A DNA stretch of 64,000 nt from an uncultured archaeon (GTDB lineage: Archaea; Aenigmatarchaeota; Aenigmatarchaeia; PWEA01; JAGHBM01). The stretch lies in assembly GCA_964584335.1 (NCBI GenBank), contig CAZOZN010000002.1, positions 162,974-226,973 of the forward strand, written 5' to 3'. The position numbers were made by a program, and so were the translations under genes. Shown in pieces: positions 17,900-27,797 of this stretch (positions are counted from its first letter, which is position 1; every line of letters starts with the position of its first letter). The notes beneath the pieces were generated by a model. It searched no databases. It was given only the letters and a program-made list of their open reading frames with translations, and had not been told where the DNA came from.

Positions 17900-19413
17900 T
17901 TGTTAACAAACTTGCCTTCATACCCTTCCTTTTCCTTTGTTCCAGGGTCGTAAACCTCTATGGTCTCTGATTCTTTCTTTGTTCCATCCCATCTGGTCTT
18001 TGGCATTATGGTGTGCTTTTTTTCCATTATCCTTTCTTTTATTCCTTCCTTTGTCAGAAGTTCAAACATTCTCTTTATTTCCTTTTCCAAATCCGTTCTT
18101 GGCTTGAAACCAAAAGCATTTGGAAGCTTCCTTGATACAACCTCAAACGGATGCCTGTCCGCCTCCACTCTCGGGTTTTCTATTCTTTGTATTTTTACAT
18201 CGTATCCGAATTCCTTGCCAACCTTTGCAACAGCCTCTGCTATGTCCTTGAGCTTGTAAAGTCCGGAAACCTGGTTTACCACGTCATACTGACCGGGTTC
18301 TGGAGGGGATGATATCAACCTGACCATGCATTCCATCGCATCCTCCAAGGCAATAAATCCTCTTATCTGTTCCCCCTCGCCGTATAGCGTAAGAGGTATG
18401 CCTGCAATGGCCTGGGAGACGAAACGGTTAACCACAGTTCCGAACCACTCGTCTATGTCAAGCCTTGTCCTCAAGTCAGGGTGCTTTGAAACCTGTTCCG
18501 TATGAACTCCGTATATAACTCCCTGCATTATATCGTATGAACGAAGCCACCAGTACTTGCAGGCTTCATATACATTATACGTGTCCTGAACCTTGCTTAC
18601 GTGGTAAAAAGAGACAGGGTCTCTTGGTGTTATTTCTCCGCCCATGCTCCATTCCCTTCCGTTCCAGTTCAAAGTAGAATCCGCCGGGAACATGCCCTCA
18701 AAAAGAGGCCTTCCTGTTAGCGGAGTTCCATATTCTCCCATGGTACCCAGCTTTATTAGATTTGCCTCCGGGCAAACATCCTTTATTATCCAAAGCAATT
18801 TTAAAGTACCCAGAACGTTATTGTCCTGCGTGTCAACAGCATGCTTGGCATCAACCATCGAGTAAGGCGCACTGGGTATCTCGGCGTAATGTATTATCGC
18901 TTCAGGTTTTACTTCTTCCATAAATTCCCTTAATTTTGAGTCGTCCCTTATATCCATTCTTCTGAAGTTTATATCCAACCCGAGTTTCTCTTTTGCAGCC
19001 CTGAGCCTGTCAGTCATCTTTGCTATAGGAACTATAGTATGACCGCCCTTTTCCATAAGACAGTCCCTTCTCGTGTAGTTGTCAATACCGCTTACCTTGC
19101 ATCCAAGATTCGCCAGTTTAAGAGCAAGAGTCCATCCAAGATAACCGTCCAAACCCAGAATCATTACTCTCATATCTTTAAGCAAATAACCGTAATCAGT
19201 TTCTTTCCACTCCGGACATTCCTCAAAAGTTATTGAAGGTTCAAAATGACCCAGTTCCTTTCTCCTGGTACATTCTATCATTATTTCCTCGTCTTCTTTC
19301 CCGCTAACTTTTTCCTTTGTCTGGCCGCAGGCCCTAAAGTCTACATTACCTGCCAGCTTTGCAGCAGGACAATTCCAACAAGTCTTTTTTGCATTGTGCA
19401 TATTATACATCAC
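17896..19413 (-). CDS. sqdB: UDP-sulfoquinovose synthase (SqdB/SQD1/Agl3) with ~80-aa Cys-rich N-terminal extension
   Basis: GLDGYLGW, HYAEIPSAPYSM, NNVLGT, KLGTMGEYG, SFYHVSK, QGVIYG, FGTVVNRF, ENPRVEA. Confidence 0.9.
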   Translation of the reverse strand: MMYNMHNAKKTCWNCPAAKLAGNVDFRACGQTKEKVSGKEDEEIMIECTRRKELGHFEPSITFEECPEWKETDYGYLLKDMRVMILGLDGYLGWTLALKLANLGCKVSGIDNYTRRDCLMEKGGHTIVPIAKMTDRLRAAKEKLGLDINFRRMDIRDDSKLREFMEEVKPEAIIHYAEIPSAPYSMVDAKHAVDTQDNNVLGTLKLLWIIKDVCPEANLIKLGTMGEYGTPLTGRPLFEGMFPADSTLNWNGREWSMGGEITPRDPVSFYHVSKVQDTYNVYEACKYWWLRSYDIMQGVIYGVHTEQVSKHPDLRTRLDIDEWFGTVVNRFVSQAIAGIPLTLYGEGEQIRGFIALEDAMECMVRLISSPPEPGQYDVVNQVSGLYKLKDIAEAVAKVGKEFGYDVKIQRIENPRVEADRHPFEVVSRKLPNAFGFKPRTDLEKEIKRMFELLTKEGIKERIMEKKHTIMPKTRWDGTKKESETIEVYDPGTKEKEGYEGKFVNK

Positions 19414-20659
19414 CCATTTTGTTTATTATTTTGACCACATCCTCGACGGACGGATTTTCAGGGACAAACTTTTTGTTTTTGTTTCCCTTTACAAAAAGAA
19501 AAGCTTCCGGATTATGCATTCCCGTGAAAGGACTTTCTTCAAATACTTTATCAGTTATTTTACCCCTCAGGTTAAATCCTTTGTTCGGTATTAAAACCAA
19601 ATCCGGAGCATCATCAAAACACTTGCCTCTGTAAATGTTTTCTTTCTCGTGAATTTCCTTGATTACTTTTTCTCCTTTTATTTCAAGGCTGTTAAAAATT
19701 TTAATCAAATTATCCCTGACCTCTTTTTCATTTTCAACCAAACCTCTGGGATACTTGCCTTTTTTGTTTATGTACAACCTGCCAAATTCCATGGCAAATG
19801 CTTTTGTGTCTTTTTCTATGTCCTTGTACTTCTTTTTCTCACCCCCCAAACTAAGAAGGCCTTCCTTAATCAATACCCCGTTAAGATTTACGTTGAACTT
19901 TACTCTTTCCATTCCATGGTCTGAGATTAAGATTAGGTTATCATCTTTCGAAAGTTTAGAATCAATATCACCTATCATATTATCAACCATCTCAAAGAAC
20001 TTTAAAAAACTTTGGTGGTGTTCATTATCTTTTTCCTCGTAAGCGTCCCACAGAAAGTGTCCCAGCCTGTCCGAGCCCGTTATAACAAATTTAAAAACAT
20101 CCCAGTCAAAATCATCCCAAAAAAAGTCTGCGGCTTTTTTTCTTTTTTCAAGCGTATCAAAAAGCTCATTAAAAAGCATCATCTTTGACATGTGCGCCTT
20201 TTCCAAATCAACATCTATCTTGTAATCCATCTCCTTTAGTTTTTCCAGATATGAGGAAGGGTATATGGAACGTTCTATCCTCGGAGAAACAAAGCCCGAT
20301 ATGTGACAACCGTTCATCTCTCTCGGAGGATAAGTTGAAGGCACGTTTATTATTACCGACTTCTTCTTGTTTTTCTCCCAGAAAGGGGGACTCCTCAAGT
20401 TGCGGAAGTCGGAAAATGAAAGCGTGTAGCTTCCTTTTATCATGTCCGTAAAACCGTAGATGCCATGCTCTCCCGGATTCTCTCCCGTTATTATTGTACT
20501 CCAGGATGCTGATGAAACAGCGGGTACCGAGGACTTCATTACTTTGAATATACCATCCTCTCTGAGCTTCTTGAAATTTTTCATAACTCCCCTGTCAGAA
20601 AGGTCCTTCATAAGAGAGTAAGGAACGCCGTCTATCCCTATTATAACTGTTTTTCCCAT
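19403..20659 (-). CDS. AlkP/NPP-superfamily protein no. 2 (no LGY tail)
   Basis: IGIDG, PAVSSASW..TGENPGEHG, DRLGH, SDHG, APDL, GMH. Confidence 0.9.
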   Translation of the reverse strand: MGKTVIIGIDGVPYSLMKDLSDRGVMKNFKKLREDGIFKVMKSSVPAVSSASWSTIITGENPGEHGIYGFTDMIKGSYTLSFSDFRNLRSPPFWEKNKKKSVIINVPSTYPPREMNGCHISGFVSPRIERSIYPSSYLEKLKEMDYKIDVDLEKAHMSKMMLFNELFDTLEKRKKAADFFWDDFDWDVFKFVITGSDRLGHFLWDAYEEKDNEHHQSFLKFFEMVDNMIGDIDSKLSKDDNLILISDHGMERVKFNVNLNGVLIKEGLLSLGGEKKKYKDIEKDTKAFAMEFGRLYINKKGKYPRGLVENEKEVRDNLIKIFNSLEIKGEKVIKEIHEKENIYRGKCFDDAPDLVLIPNKGFNLRGKITDKVFEESPFTGMHNPEAFLFVKGNKNKKFVPENPSVEDVVKIINKMGDV

Positions 20660-20671
20660 TTTATCACTATT

Positions 20672-20718
20672 GTTGTAAAAATAAAATACAACTTATTATT
20701 GTGTTTTTATATTACAAC
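20672..20718. promoter_or_regulatory. Twin palindromic operator in the divergent promoter between the sulfur operon and the TrmB-family gene
   Basis: GTTGTA-N9-TACAAC (20672-20692) and ATTGTG-N9-TACAAC (20698-20718). Confidence 0.6.
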
Positions 20719-20758
20719 ATATTTATATATAAAGTTTTCTATAATTAAAAAGAGACTT

Positions 20759-21538
20759 ATGGGATACGAGGACCTTAAGATTCTGGGTTTAAACAGACAA
20801 CAGTCACAAGTTCTTTATCAGCTAATAAGACTTGGAGAGGCCAAGGCAAGCAGCCTTGCAAAATCATGCGAAATAGACCGGGTAAGGGTTTACGATATAC
20901 TTGAAGAGCTTTACTCAATGGGTTTTATAAGAAAAATAAAAAGCAGGCCAACCAAGTACGTTTCTCTTGAACCTAAAAAAATATTTGACAACGCTCTTGA
21001 TTACAACAAAAGGTTTTTTGAAAAAAAGAAAGAAGAGCTGGCTAAAAACAAGAGGAAAGTAGAGGAAGAGCTATCCCATGTTTTCAACAGGTCGGACAAG
21101 AAAAAACCCAAGAACATTCTTGAATTGCTTTCTATAGGAGATGTTTCCGAGAATGAAACAAGAAAGCTTATAGAGGACTCAAAAAAAACCGTAAGAATAA
21201 TGACAGAGGCACTCCAGTATGTGGGCTCTTTAGAAGAGGCACTTAAAAAAACAAATTCAGACATAATGGTCATATTCCAGAACAGGGGTCTTTCAAGCAG
21301 GGCCAAGAAATCACAGAAAATAGCCGTTGAAAAGCTCAAAAAAGCAGGTGCCCAGATAAGGTACTACGAAAAAATGCCCCTGAGAGGATGCATATCAGAC
21401 GACAAAAAGGCCATAATAAACATACAGGACAAAAAATCATCCAATCTCCTCAGGGATTGTATCTTTACAAACCACAAGGCTTTCGTTGAGGCGATGAATA
21501 TCTATTTTGACAACATGTGGGAAAAATCCTCCAGGTGA
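20759..21538 (+). CDS. TrmB-family transcriptional regulator
   Basis: LGLNRQQSQV..GEAKASSLAKSCEIDRVRVYDILEEL..GF..SRPTKY wHTH plus PLD-like effector domain; start moved to ATG 20759. Confidence 0.9.
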   Translation: MGYEDLKILGLNRQQSQVLYQLIRLGEAKASSLAKSCEIDRVRVYDILEELYSMGFIRKIKSRPTKYVSLEPKKIFDNALDYNKRFFEKKKEELAKNKRKVEEELSHVFNRSDKKKPKNILELLSIGDVSENETRKLIEDSKKTVRIMTEALQYVGSLEEALKKTNSDIMVIFQNRGLSSRAKKSQKIAVEKLKKAGAQIRYYEKMPLRGCISDDKKAIINIQDKKSSNLLRDCIFTNHKAFVEAMNIYFDNMWEKSSR

Positions 21539-21542
21539 TTTT

Positions 21543-22157
21543 TTGAAGGTATCTGTTGTTATCCCCGCTTACAACGAAGAGAACACAATAACCGGGGTCT
21601 TGAAAAAAATACCAAAAAATTATGAAAAAATAGTGGTGGATGATAATTCAAATGACAACACGGCAAAACTTTCTTCAAAATACGCAAGAGTCATCTGTAA
21701 CAAAAAAAACCTTGGCTACGAAAAGTCAATAAAAAAAGGAATTGAAGAGGCCAAGGGAGATGTAATTATAACCATGGACTCGGACGGGGAGCACGACCCG
21801 GGGGACATAAAGAGATTCCTGAGCCAGATGGAAAAATATGACATGGTTATCGGTGAAAGGGATGAACTGCCGAGACTGACAGAAAAAATGATGGCGTGGC
21901 TGGTTAGAAGAAGAGTATCCGGGATAAGGGACCCTGCAAACGGATTCCGCGCTTTCAAAAGGGAATTGGTAAGGGAGCTAAGCTTTGAAAACACATCCTT
22001 TGGCTGCAAAACTTTATTGAGGGCCAACAAAAAAGGTTTTAAAATAAAGACTTTAAAGATAAAGACAAGAAAGAGAAAAGATGAACCCAGAAACAAATTA
22101 CTTCCGATAATAAAATCAATATTGGGATTGACAAAGGAAATTATTTTAGGTGAATAA
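21543..22157 (+). CDS. GT2 glycosyltransferase (Dol-P-sugar synthase-like)
   Basis: VVIPAYNEE, VDDNS.D, MDSDGEH; TTG start 4 nt after GGTGA. Confidence 0.9.
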   Translation: MKVSVVIPAYNEENTITGVLKKIPKNYEKIVVDDNSNDNTAKLSSKYARVICNKKNLGYEKSIKKGIEEAKGDVIITMDSDGEHDPGDIKRFLSQMEKYDMVIGERDELPRLTEKMMAWLVRRRVSGIRDPANGFRAFKRELVRELSFENTSFGCKTLLRANKKGFKIKTLKIKTRKRKDEPRNKLLPIIKSILGLTKEIILGE

Positions 22158-23079
22158 AGTGAAGATAGGAATAACAGGCGCTTTGGGTTACATAGGTTCA
22201 AGGCTCGCAAAGGACTCACTCGAAGAGGGTAATGAAGTGGTTGGTGTGGACAATCTCTCTCTGTCAAAAATAAACAAAATTGAGGGAGCAAAAACAGAAA
22301 ACATAGACATAAAGAACCTAAGGGAAACAGAGGAAGCCCTAAAGGGTTGCGATATAATTTATCATCTTGCCGCCTTTCCCGGTCTTGACAACTGCAAGAG
22401 AGACCCGGAACTGGGTTATGATACAAACATTATAGGCACGCAAAACATAAGCTGGATTTGCTACAAGTGTGGGATACCGCTAATTTTCGTTTCCTCAATG
22501 GCAATATTCGGTGACCCCAAGGAATTCCCGATAACCGAAAATCATCCAATAGACCCGCAAAACCTATACGCAAAGATGAAACTGATGGGCATGAGAGCAG
22601 TGGAAACTTTCTCCAAAGACTCCTTCCCGTCCTACATATTCATACTTTGCAACGTTTACGGAGACCACGAAGTGGACGGAAAAACAGTAACAAAGGAAAG
22701 GATTGTAATAAACAAATTTTCCGCTCAGGCAAAAAGAGGAGAAAAACTTACGGTTTTCTCTCCCGGCGACCAGGCAAGAAGCTTCATAAACGTAAAGGAT
22801 GTATCTGCTGCTCTGTTGAAAAGCAAGGATAAAATAATACATGACGAGAAGAAAACAAAAATCTTCAATCTGGCCAGCCAGTGTTTTTCAGTTCTCGAGG
22901 TAGCAAACCTAATCAAAGAATTAAAACCGGACACGGAAATAGAAATAGTCAAAAACCCGAGGGAAGACGAGACCACTGTGAAGAACTTTGAAGTATCAAC
23001 GGAAAAAATAAAAAACTATCTGGGTTTCACTCCGAAAGTGAAAATAGAAGACGCGATAAAGGAAATGATTTCCGAATAA
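22150..23079 (+). CDS. NAD-dependent epimerase/dehydratase
   Basis: TGALGYIG, HLAA, SSMAIFG, YAKMK, NPREDET. Confidence 0.88.
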   Translation: MNKVKIGITGALGYIGSRLAKDSLEEGNEVVGVDNLSLSKINKIEGAKTENIDIKNLRETEEALKGCDIIYHLAAFPGLDNCKRDPELGYDTNIIGTQNISWICYKCGIPLIFVSSMAIFGDPKEFPITENHPIDPQNLYAKMKLMGMRAVETFSKDSFPSYIFILCNVYGDHEVDGKTVTKERIVINKFSAQAKRGEKLTVFSPGDQARSFINVKDVSAALLKSKDKIIHDEKKTKIFNLASQCFSVLEVANLIKELKPDTEIEIVKNPREDETTVKNFEVSTEKIKNYLGFTPKVKIEDAIKEMISE

Positions 23080-23110
23080 CCTTTTTAATTCTTATACACA
23101 AAATAAGATT

Positions 23111-24664
23111 ATGCCAAACCAAAACAGGGACAGGGAACACGAAAGGGCCGTAAAGACCGTGGCCAAAGGTGCAGGCATAGCTTTTTTGGGACTAATATTG
23201 GGTAAATTTCTCGACTTCTCTACAAGAGTATTTGTTGCAAGGAGTATGGGACCTGAGATTTATGGACTCATAGCTTTGGGAATAGCTGTTATAAGCATAA
23301 TAGGTAGGGTAACATCATTTGGTTTTGGAATGGGTGTAAATAGATTTATATCATTTTACACAGGTAAGAAAAATCTAAAAAAGGTAAAGGGAGCGATATT
23401 TTATTCTTTTAGGATATCATTACCAGTGACTCTTTTATTTTCTTTTTTACTTTTTTTATTTTCACATGAAATATCTGTAATATTTTTTTCAAATCCTGAA
23501 ATGTCTACGGTACTTAGGATTTTTTCAATAGCATTACCCCTTTCAGTTGCAATAAGAATATCGCGTTCAATACTTCTTGGTTTTAAAATGGTAAAGGAAA
23601 AAATAATTTCAAGAGAAATATCAAAAAGTGCCTCAACTCTTATTTTTGTTATTATTTTTTTCTACTTAGGTTTTGGTTTTTTTGGAACTGTTTTTTCTTA
23701 TTTTCTTGGTTTTCTTGTTTCTTTTATTATGGGTATTTTTTTCATAAAAACAAAAATATTACCCCAACTTAAAAAAATAAGATACGCTAATGTCACAAAG
23801 GAAATATTGTTTTTTTCATTTCCTTTGTTTATGACAAGTACTATTGCATTGATAATGTCATGGACTGATGTTATTATGTTGGGTTATTTTGACACTGTTT
23901 ATAATGTTGGTATTTACGAATCTTCTCTTAATTTATGTATTTTAATGACTTTTGTTTTAGATTCTTTTGCTTTTATAATACTACCTGTAATATCTGAGCT
24001 ATTTTCGAAAAATAAAATCGAAGAAATAAGAAATATTTATAAAATATCAACCAGATGGATTTTTTCAGCAGTTTTCCCTGTTTTTCTTCTATTAATTTTA
24101 TTTCCTGGGAAAATACTTACCACACTTTTTGGAAGTGAGTTTGCTTCTGGTTCCACGACTCTAATAATACTTTCATTAGGATACCTTGTCTATATAACAG
24201 TTGGACTCACATCTCAAACTATAACGGCCATAGGAAAGCCAAAGATAAACTTTTATTATAGTTTTTTTGCAGCAATTTCTAATATTTTGTTGAATATAAT
24301 TCTGATACCAGTTTATGGTATGGTTGGTGCAGCAATAGCAATGACATCATCTTTACTTATACAGAACATTTTATCTATAAATTACCTTAAAAAAGAACTT
24401 CAGATAAAACCATACAACAAAACTTATATTAAGCCAATAATTTCTGCAATTTTTTTAGGAATATTATTTTATTTTATTTTAAAACCGTTTGATGGAATAT
24501 TTTTTATTTTAGGTCTCTTAACATTTTCGTTTTTTTATCTGTTCATAATGCTTTTCATATTTAAGGGACTCGAAAAGGAAGATATACTGATTATAAAATC
24601 AATAGAAAGAAGAAGTGGATTAAAAATGACACTTATTAAGAGAATATTAAAAAGATTTACTTAA
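23111..24664 (+). CDS. MOP-family (Wzx/AglR-like) oligosaccharide flippase
   Basis: Multi-TM protein; GPEIYG, DVIMLGYF..VGIY, NIILIPVYGMVGAAIA. Confidence 0.9.
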   Translation: MPNQNRDREHERAVKTVAKGAGIAFLGLILGKFLDFSTRVFVARSMGPEIYGLIALGIAVISIIGRVTSFGFGMGVNRFISFYTGKKNLKKVKGAIFYSFRISLPVTLLFSFLLFLFSHEISVIFFSNPEMSTVLRIFSIALPLSVAIRISRSILLGFKMVKEKIISREISKSASTLIFVIIFFYLGFGFFGTVFSYFLGFLVSFIMGIFFIKTKILPQLKKIRYANVTKEILFFSFPLFMTSTIALIMSWTDVIMLGYFDTVYNVGIYESSLNLCILMTFVLDSFAFIILPVISELFSKNKIEEIRNIYKISTRWIFSAVFPVFLLLILFPGKILTTLFGSEFASGSTTLIILSLGYLVYITVGLTSQTITAIGKPKINFYYSFFAAISNILLNIILIPVYGMVGAAIAMTSSLLIQNILSINYLKKELQIKPYNKTYIKPIISAIFLGILFYFILKPFDGIFFILGLLTFSFFYLFIMLFIFKGLEKEDILIIKSIERRSGLKMTLIKRILKRFT

Positions 24665-26191
24665 TTATTGTATATATCCTAAATCAGATAATCTTTTCCT
24701 AACTTCATCTTCCTCTTTTTTTCTTATAGTATCATCTTTTTTTTCAATTTGATGATTTTTCAAATTTATCGTCTCGGAAGTATTTTTTAAAATACTATAG
24801 AGAACTTTACCGTCCATATCTTCTGGTTTTTTTATACCATATATTTGTAAAATTGTTGGAGCAAGATCAAGTATTGAAACAACTTCAATTTCTTGTTTTT
24901 TGAAATCAGGTCCAAAAGCCATAAAAATACCTTTTCTTTTGTTTTCAGCTCTCCAAATATTTATTGTGTCAAATACATTTTTTTTACCTATACCGCCTTC
25001 TATGTGCGTGTTTTCAGCTTGATCTAATATTAAGTCAGGTGCCTCATCCATATAAGGTCCGTTATAAAGTTCTTCTTTTTCATAAACGTTTTTGAATATT
25101 TTCTTACCTTCTTTTGATATCTCAATAAGTTTTTTCTTTATTTCATTTTTTTTATCTTCTTTTAGTATGTAAACTAATCCTTGACCGCTAGCTACAGCAT
25201 CAGAAGAATCCCAATTTATTGTATTTGTTTTTCCTTCTCTTTTTATCTCTCCGGAAGACGAAGGAATGCTCCTCAAAACTCTTGTTGGTATTATTTTTTT
25301 GACAAAATGTTTTATCCCGATTTTTTCAAGAAAAGCTCTTATTTTATCCCTCTTGAAACCGACTTTTTTCATGTTTTGAAGAATTTCATATCTTTTATTA
25401 TATTTTAAATAACCTTCTTTGTTGAGCCATGTGTTTATATTAAATATGTTTTTTATTTCATTTGATCCATGATCGCTCATAAAAATTATATTAAAATCAC
25501 CTTTTTTCAAAAGTTCGCCTATGTTTTTGTCTATTATTTTCCATGCTTTTTTTGTTTCTTCACATCTCCATAGAAAGTGATGAAATGTGTTTATATGAAA
25601 CATTGCTATTTGTATGAAATCAAAATCATGATTTTTCATAAGATAAAAGGCTACTTTAAATCTCGAATCAATTATTTTATACATTTCTTCTACTGCCTTT
25701 TTTTTATTTGTTCTTATATTGTGTTTGGGGTGAATTCTATATCCAAATTTTTCTTTTAATTCTTTTTCTAGACTTTTGGGATACGTAAAATCATTCTCTG
25801 AACAATCCGGACCACCCGAAACAAAAAAACCATTTATTTTTTTTGGAGGGTACGTAAGTGGAGTTCCTATAACACACAATTTATACCCCGCTTCACTTAG
25901 ATAGTCCCATATTTCCTTTTCCTTGTTTTTTCTTTCGGCAGGATAATAAACTTTTTTTTCTTTCTTGTTTATATTTTCCCACCAGAATATACCGAGCTTT
26001 CCGGGGTTCTTTCCCGTATAATATTTTTTCCAGTTGGGTGAGGTTACTGGTGGAAGTCCAACATCCAAATCGGATGAAATTCCATTATCAATAACTTTCT
26101 TTATGTTTGGTAATGAACCTTCCTTTAGCCATGGTGTTATCAGTTCAAAATGTGCACCATCTATTCCTATTACAATAGTTTTATTTTTCAT
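24665..26191 (-). CDS. AlkP/NPP-superfamily protein no. 3 with RLSDLGYI tail
   Basis: IGIDG, PPVTSPNW..TGKNPG, SDHG, DLAPTIL, MDGK; tail EVRKRLSDLGYIQ; start moved to ATG 26191. Confidence 0.9.
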   Translation of the reverse strand: MKNKTIVIGIDGAHFELITPWLKEGSLPNIKKVIDNGISSDLDVGLPPVTSPNWKKYYTGKNPGKLGIFWWENINKKEKKVYYPAERKNKEKEIWDYLSEAGYKLCVIGTPLTYPPKKINGFFVSGGPDCSENDFTYPKSLEKELKEKFGYRIHPKHNIRTNKKKAVEEMYKIIDSRFKVAFYLMKNHDFDFIQIAMFHINTFHHFLWRCEETKKAWKIIDKNIGELLKKGDFNIIFMSDHGSNEIKNIFNINTWLNKEGYLKYNKRYEILQNMKKVGFKRDKIRAFLEKIGIKHFVKKIIPTRVLRSIPSSSGEIKREGKTNTINWDSSDAVASGQGLVYILKEDKKNEIKKKLIEISKEGKKIFKNVYEKEELYNGPYMDEAPDLILDQAENTHIEGGIGKKNVFDTINIWRAENKRKGIFMAFGPDFKKQEIEVVSILDLAPTILQIYGIKKPEDMDGKVLYSILKNTSETINLKNHQIEKKDDTIRKKEEDEVRKRLSDLGYIQ

Positions 26192-26901
26192 TTTATACCA
26201 CATTTTAAAGATAATAATGCTTTAATTTGATTTATTGAATAGTTTTCAGATATACAAACTCTTCTTATTTCATAAGGATAGTCTTTTTCTTTAATAAAGC
26301 TGTTTTTAGTTGTTAATGCAAAGGAATAAAAGTCTTTTACTTTATTTTTTATTTTTTTGTTAAACCTTCCTTTAGGATACGCAATGTAAAGTATTTTCTC
26401 TCCAAGTTCTTTTTCCAGTATTTCTTTTGATTTTTCCAGTTCTTCTTTAATTTCATTTTCACTTAATTTTGTTAAAACTCTATGGGAATGTGTATGACTC
26501 CCGAAAGTAACAAGACCAGATTTTTTCATTTTTTTTATTTCTTTCCAAGACATCATATTTCTTTTTATTGGTTTTACATCTTTTGGATTTATTTCTTTCC
26601 ATATTCTGTTAGTACCGACGTATTTTGTTGTTATGAATATTGTTACCGGTGTTTTGTTTTTTTTAATTATCGGAAAAACTTCTGTGTAGTTTTCTTTACA
26701 TCCGTCATCAAATGTTATAGCTATTTTGTTTTTACCTGGATTTTTTATTATTTCATCCAAGCTAACTATTTGAAAGTTTTTTTTAAGATAATTTAAATGA
26801 CTTTCTGGTATTTTTTTATGGTAATTTAGTATACAAGATTTTATTAATTTAGGATTTACAAAATTTCCATAAGCACTTAGCAACATTTTTTTAAAGTTCA
26901 T
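26188..26901 (-). CDS. Polysaccharide deacetylase (CE4/NodB)
   Basis: LNYH, ITFDDG, GSHTHSH, AYPKG. Confidence 0.9.
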   Translation of the reverse strand: MNFKKMLLSAYGNFVNPKLIKSCILNYHKKIPESHLNYLKKNFQIVSLDEIIKNPGKNKIAITFDDGCKENYTEVFPIIKKNKTPVTIFITTKYVGTNRIWKEINPKDVKPIKRNMMSWKEIKKMKKSGLVTFGSHTHSHRVLTKLSENEIKEELEKSKEILEKELGEKILYIAYPKGRFNKKIKNKVKDFYSFALTTKNSFIKEKDYPYEIRRVCISENYSINQIKALLSLKCGIK

Positions 26902-27793
26902 TTATAACACTTTTTATTTTTTGATTTTCGTAAAGTTCGGTAGAAATTGCCAATATAAAGTTTCTTTTTTCATAGTCTTTGTTTTTTATTTTATAAAGCT
27001 CTTTTTTGTGTGGATTAATACCGAAAATAATGTATCCTTCGTTTTTAAGTTTATTATAAACTGATTTTATATTACAACCCAATTTCTTTATTTTATTTGG
27101 GTGTGTTTCCATTACAATAATGTTTTTTTTGGAGAGAATTTCTTTCGATCCCTCTAAAATTAGGTATTCTGCACCTTCCACATCTATTTTTATTAAGTCT
27201 GGCCATATAGAATTTTTTTTACAGTATTCATCAAGACTTATTGTATTTACTTCTATTGTTTTTTCATTTAAATTTTTATTATCTGATAAGAAATGTTTGC
27301 CGTCGTGTAAATTACCACTAATTACCAGATTCGATACTCCTGTTTTATTACTTACTGCGACATTTTCTGTAATGCAGTTTTTGATATTGTTTAATTTTAT
27401 ATTTCTAACTAAAATTTTGTATGTATGAGGATTTGGCTCAAAGGAAATTATCTTACCTCCATTAACTAAATTCTTTGAAAATTTTAGTGTATGGAATCCC
27501 CATTTTGCACCAATGTCAAAAAATATGTCTTTTTTGTTTAATAAAGAATCGATAACTTTTATTATACCTTCTTCTGCTATGCCATCAAAGTATAAATGTT
27601 TACCCTGCCCAAGCTTAGGATTTATATACATTTTTAGATTATCACCAATTTTTTTAATTAAGAAGATGTTTGGTAATGTTTTTATCTTAAATTCTCTTTT
27701 TAATTTTTCAAAATTTTCTTTTATTATAAGCTTTCTGGGATTTTTACCTTCCTTAAATTGTTTTATAACTTTCTTGGTTTTTTTTATTAACAT
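26891..27793 (-). CDS. FkbM-family methyltransferase
   Basis: FDIGAKWG, FEPNP, SLDEY, IKIDVEGAE; start moved to ATG 27793. Confidence 0.9.
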   Translation of the reverse strand: MLIKKTKKVIKQFKEGKNPRKLIIKENFEKLKREFKIKTLPNIFLIKKIGDNLKMYINPKLGQGKHLYFDGIAEEGIIKVIDSLLNKKDIFFDIGAKWGFHTLKFSKNLVNGGKIISFEPNPHTYKILVRNIKLNNIKNCITENVAVSNKTGVSNLVISGNLHDGKHFLSDNKNLNEKTIEVNTISLDEYCKKNSIWPDLIKIDVEGAEYLILEGSKEILSKKNIIVMETHPNKIKKLGCNIKSVYNKLKNEGYIIFGINPHKKELYKIKNKDYEKRNFILAISTELYENQKIKSVINEL

Positions 27794-27797
27794 AAAA

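Noticed and set aside
21716-22426. 236-aa minus-strand ORF
   Set aside because: Antisense to well-supported GT2 and epimerase genes; Ser/Phe/Leu-rich shadow composition
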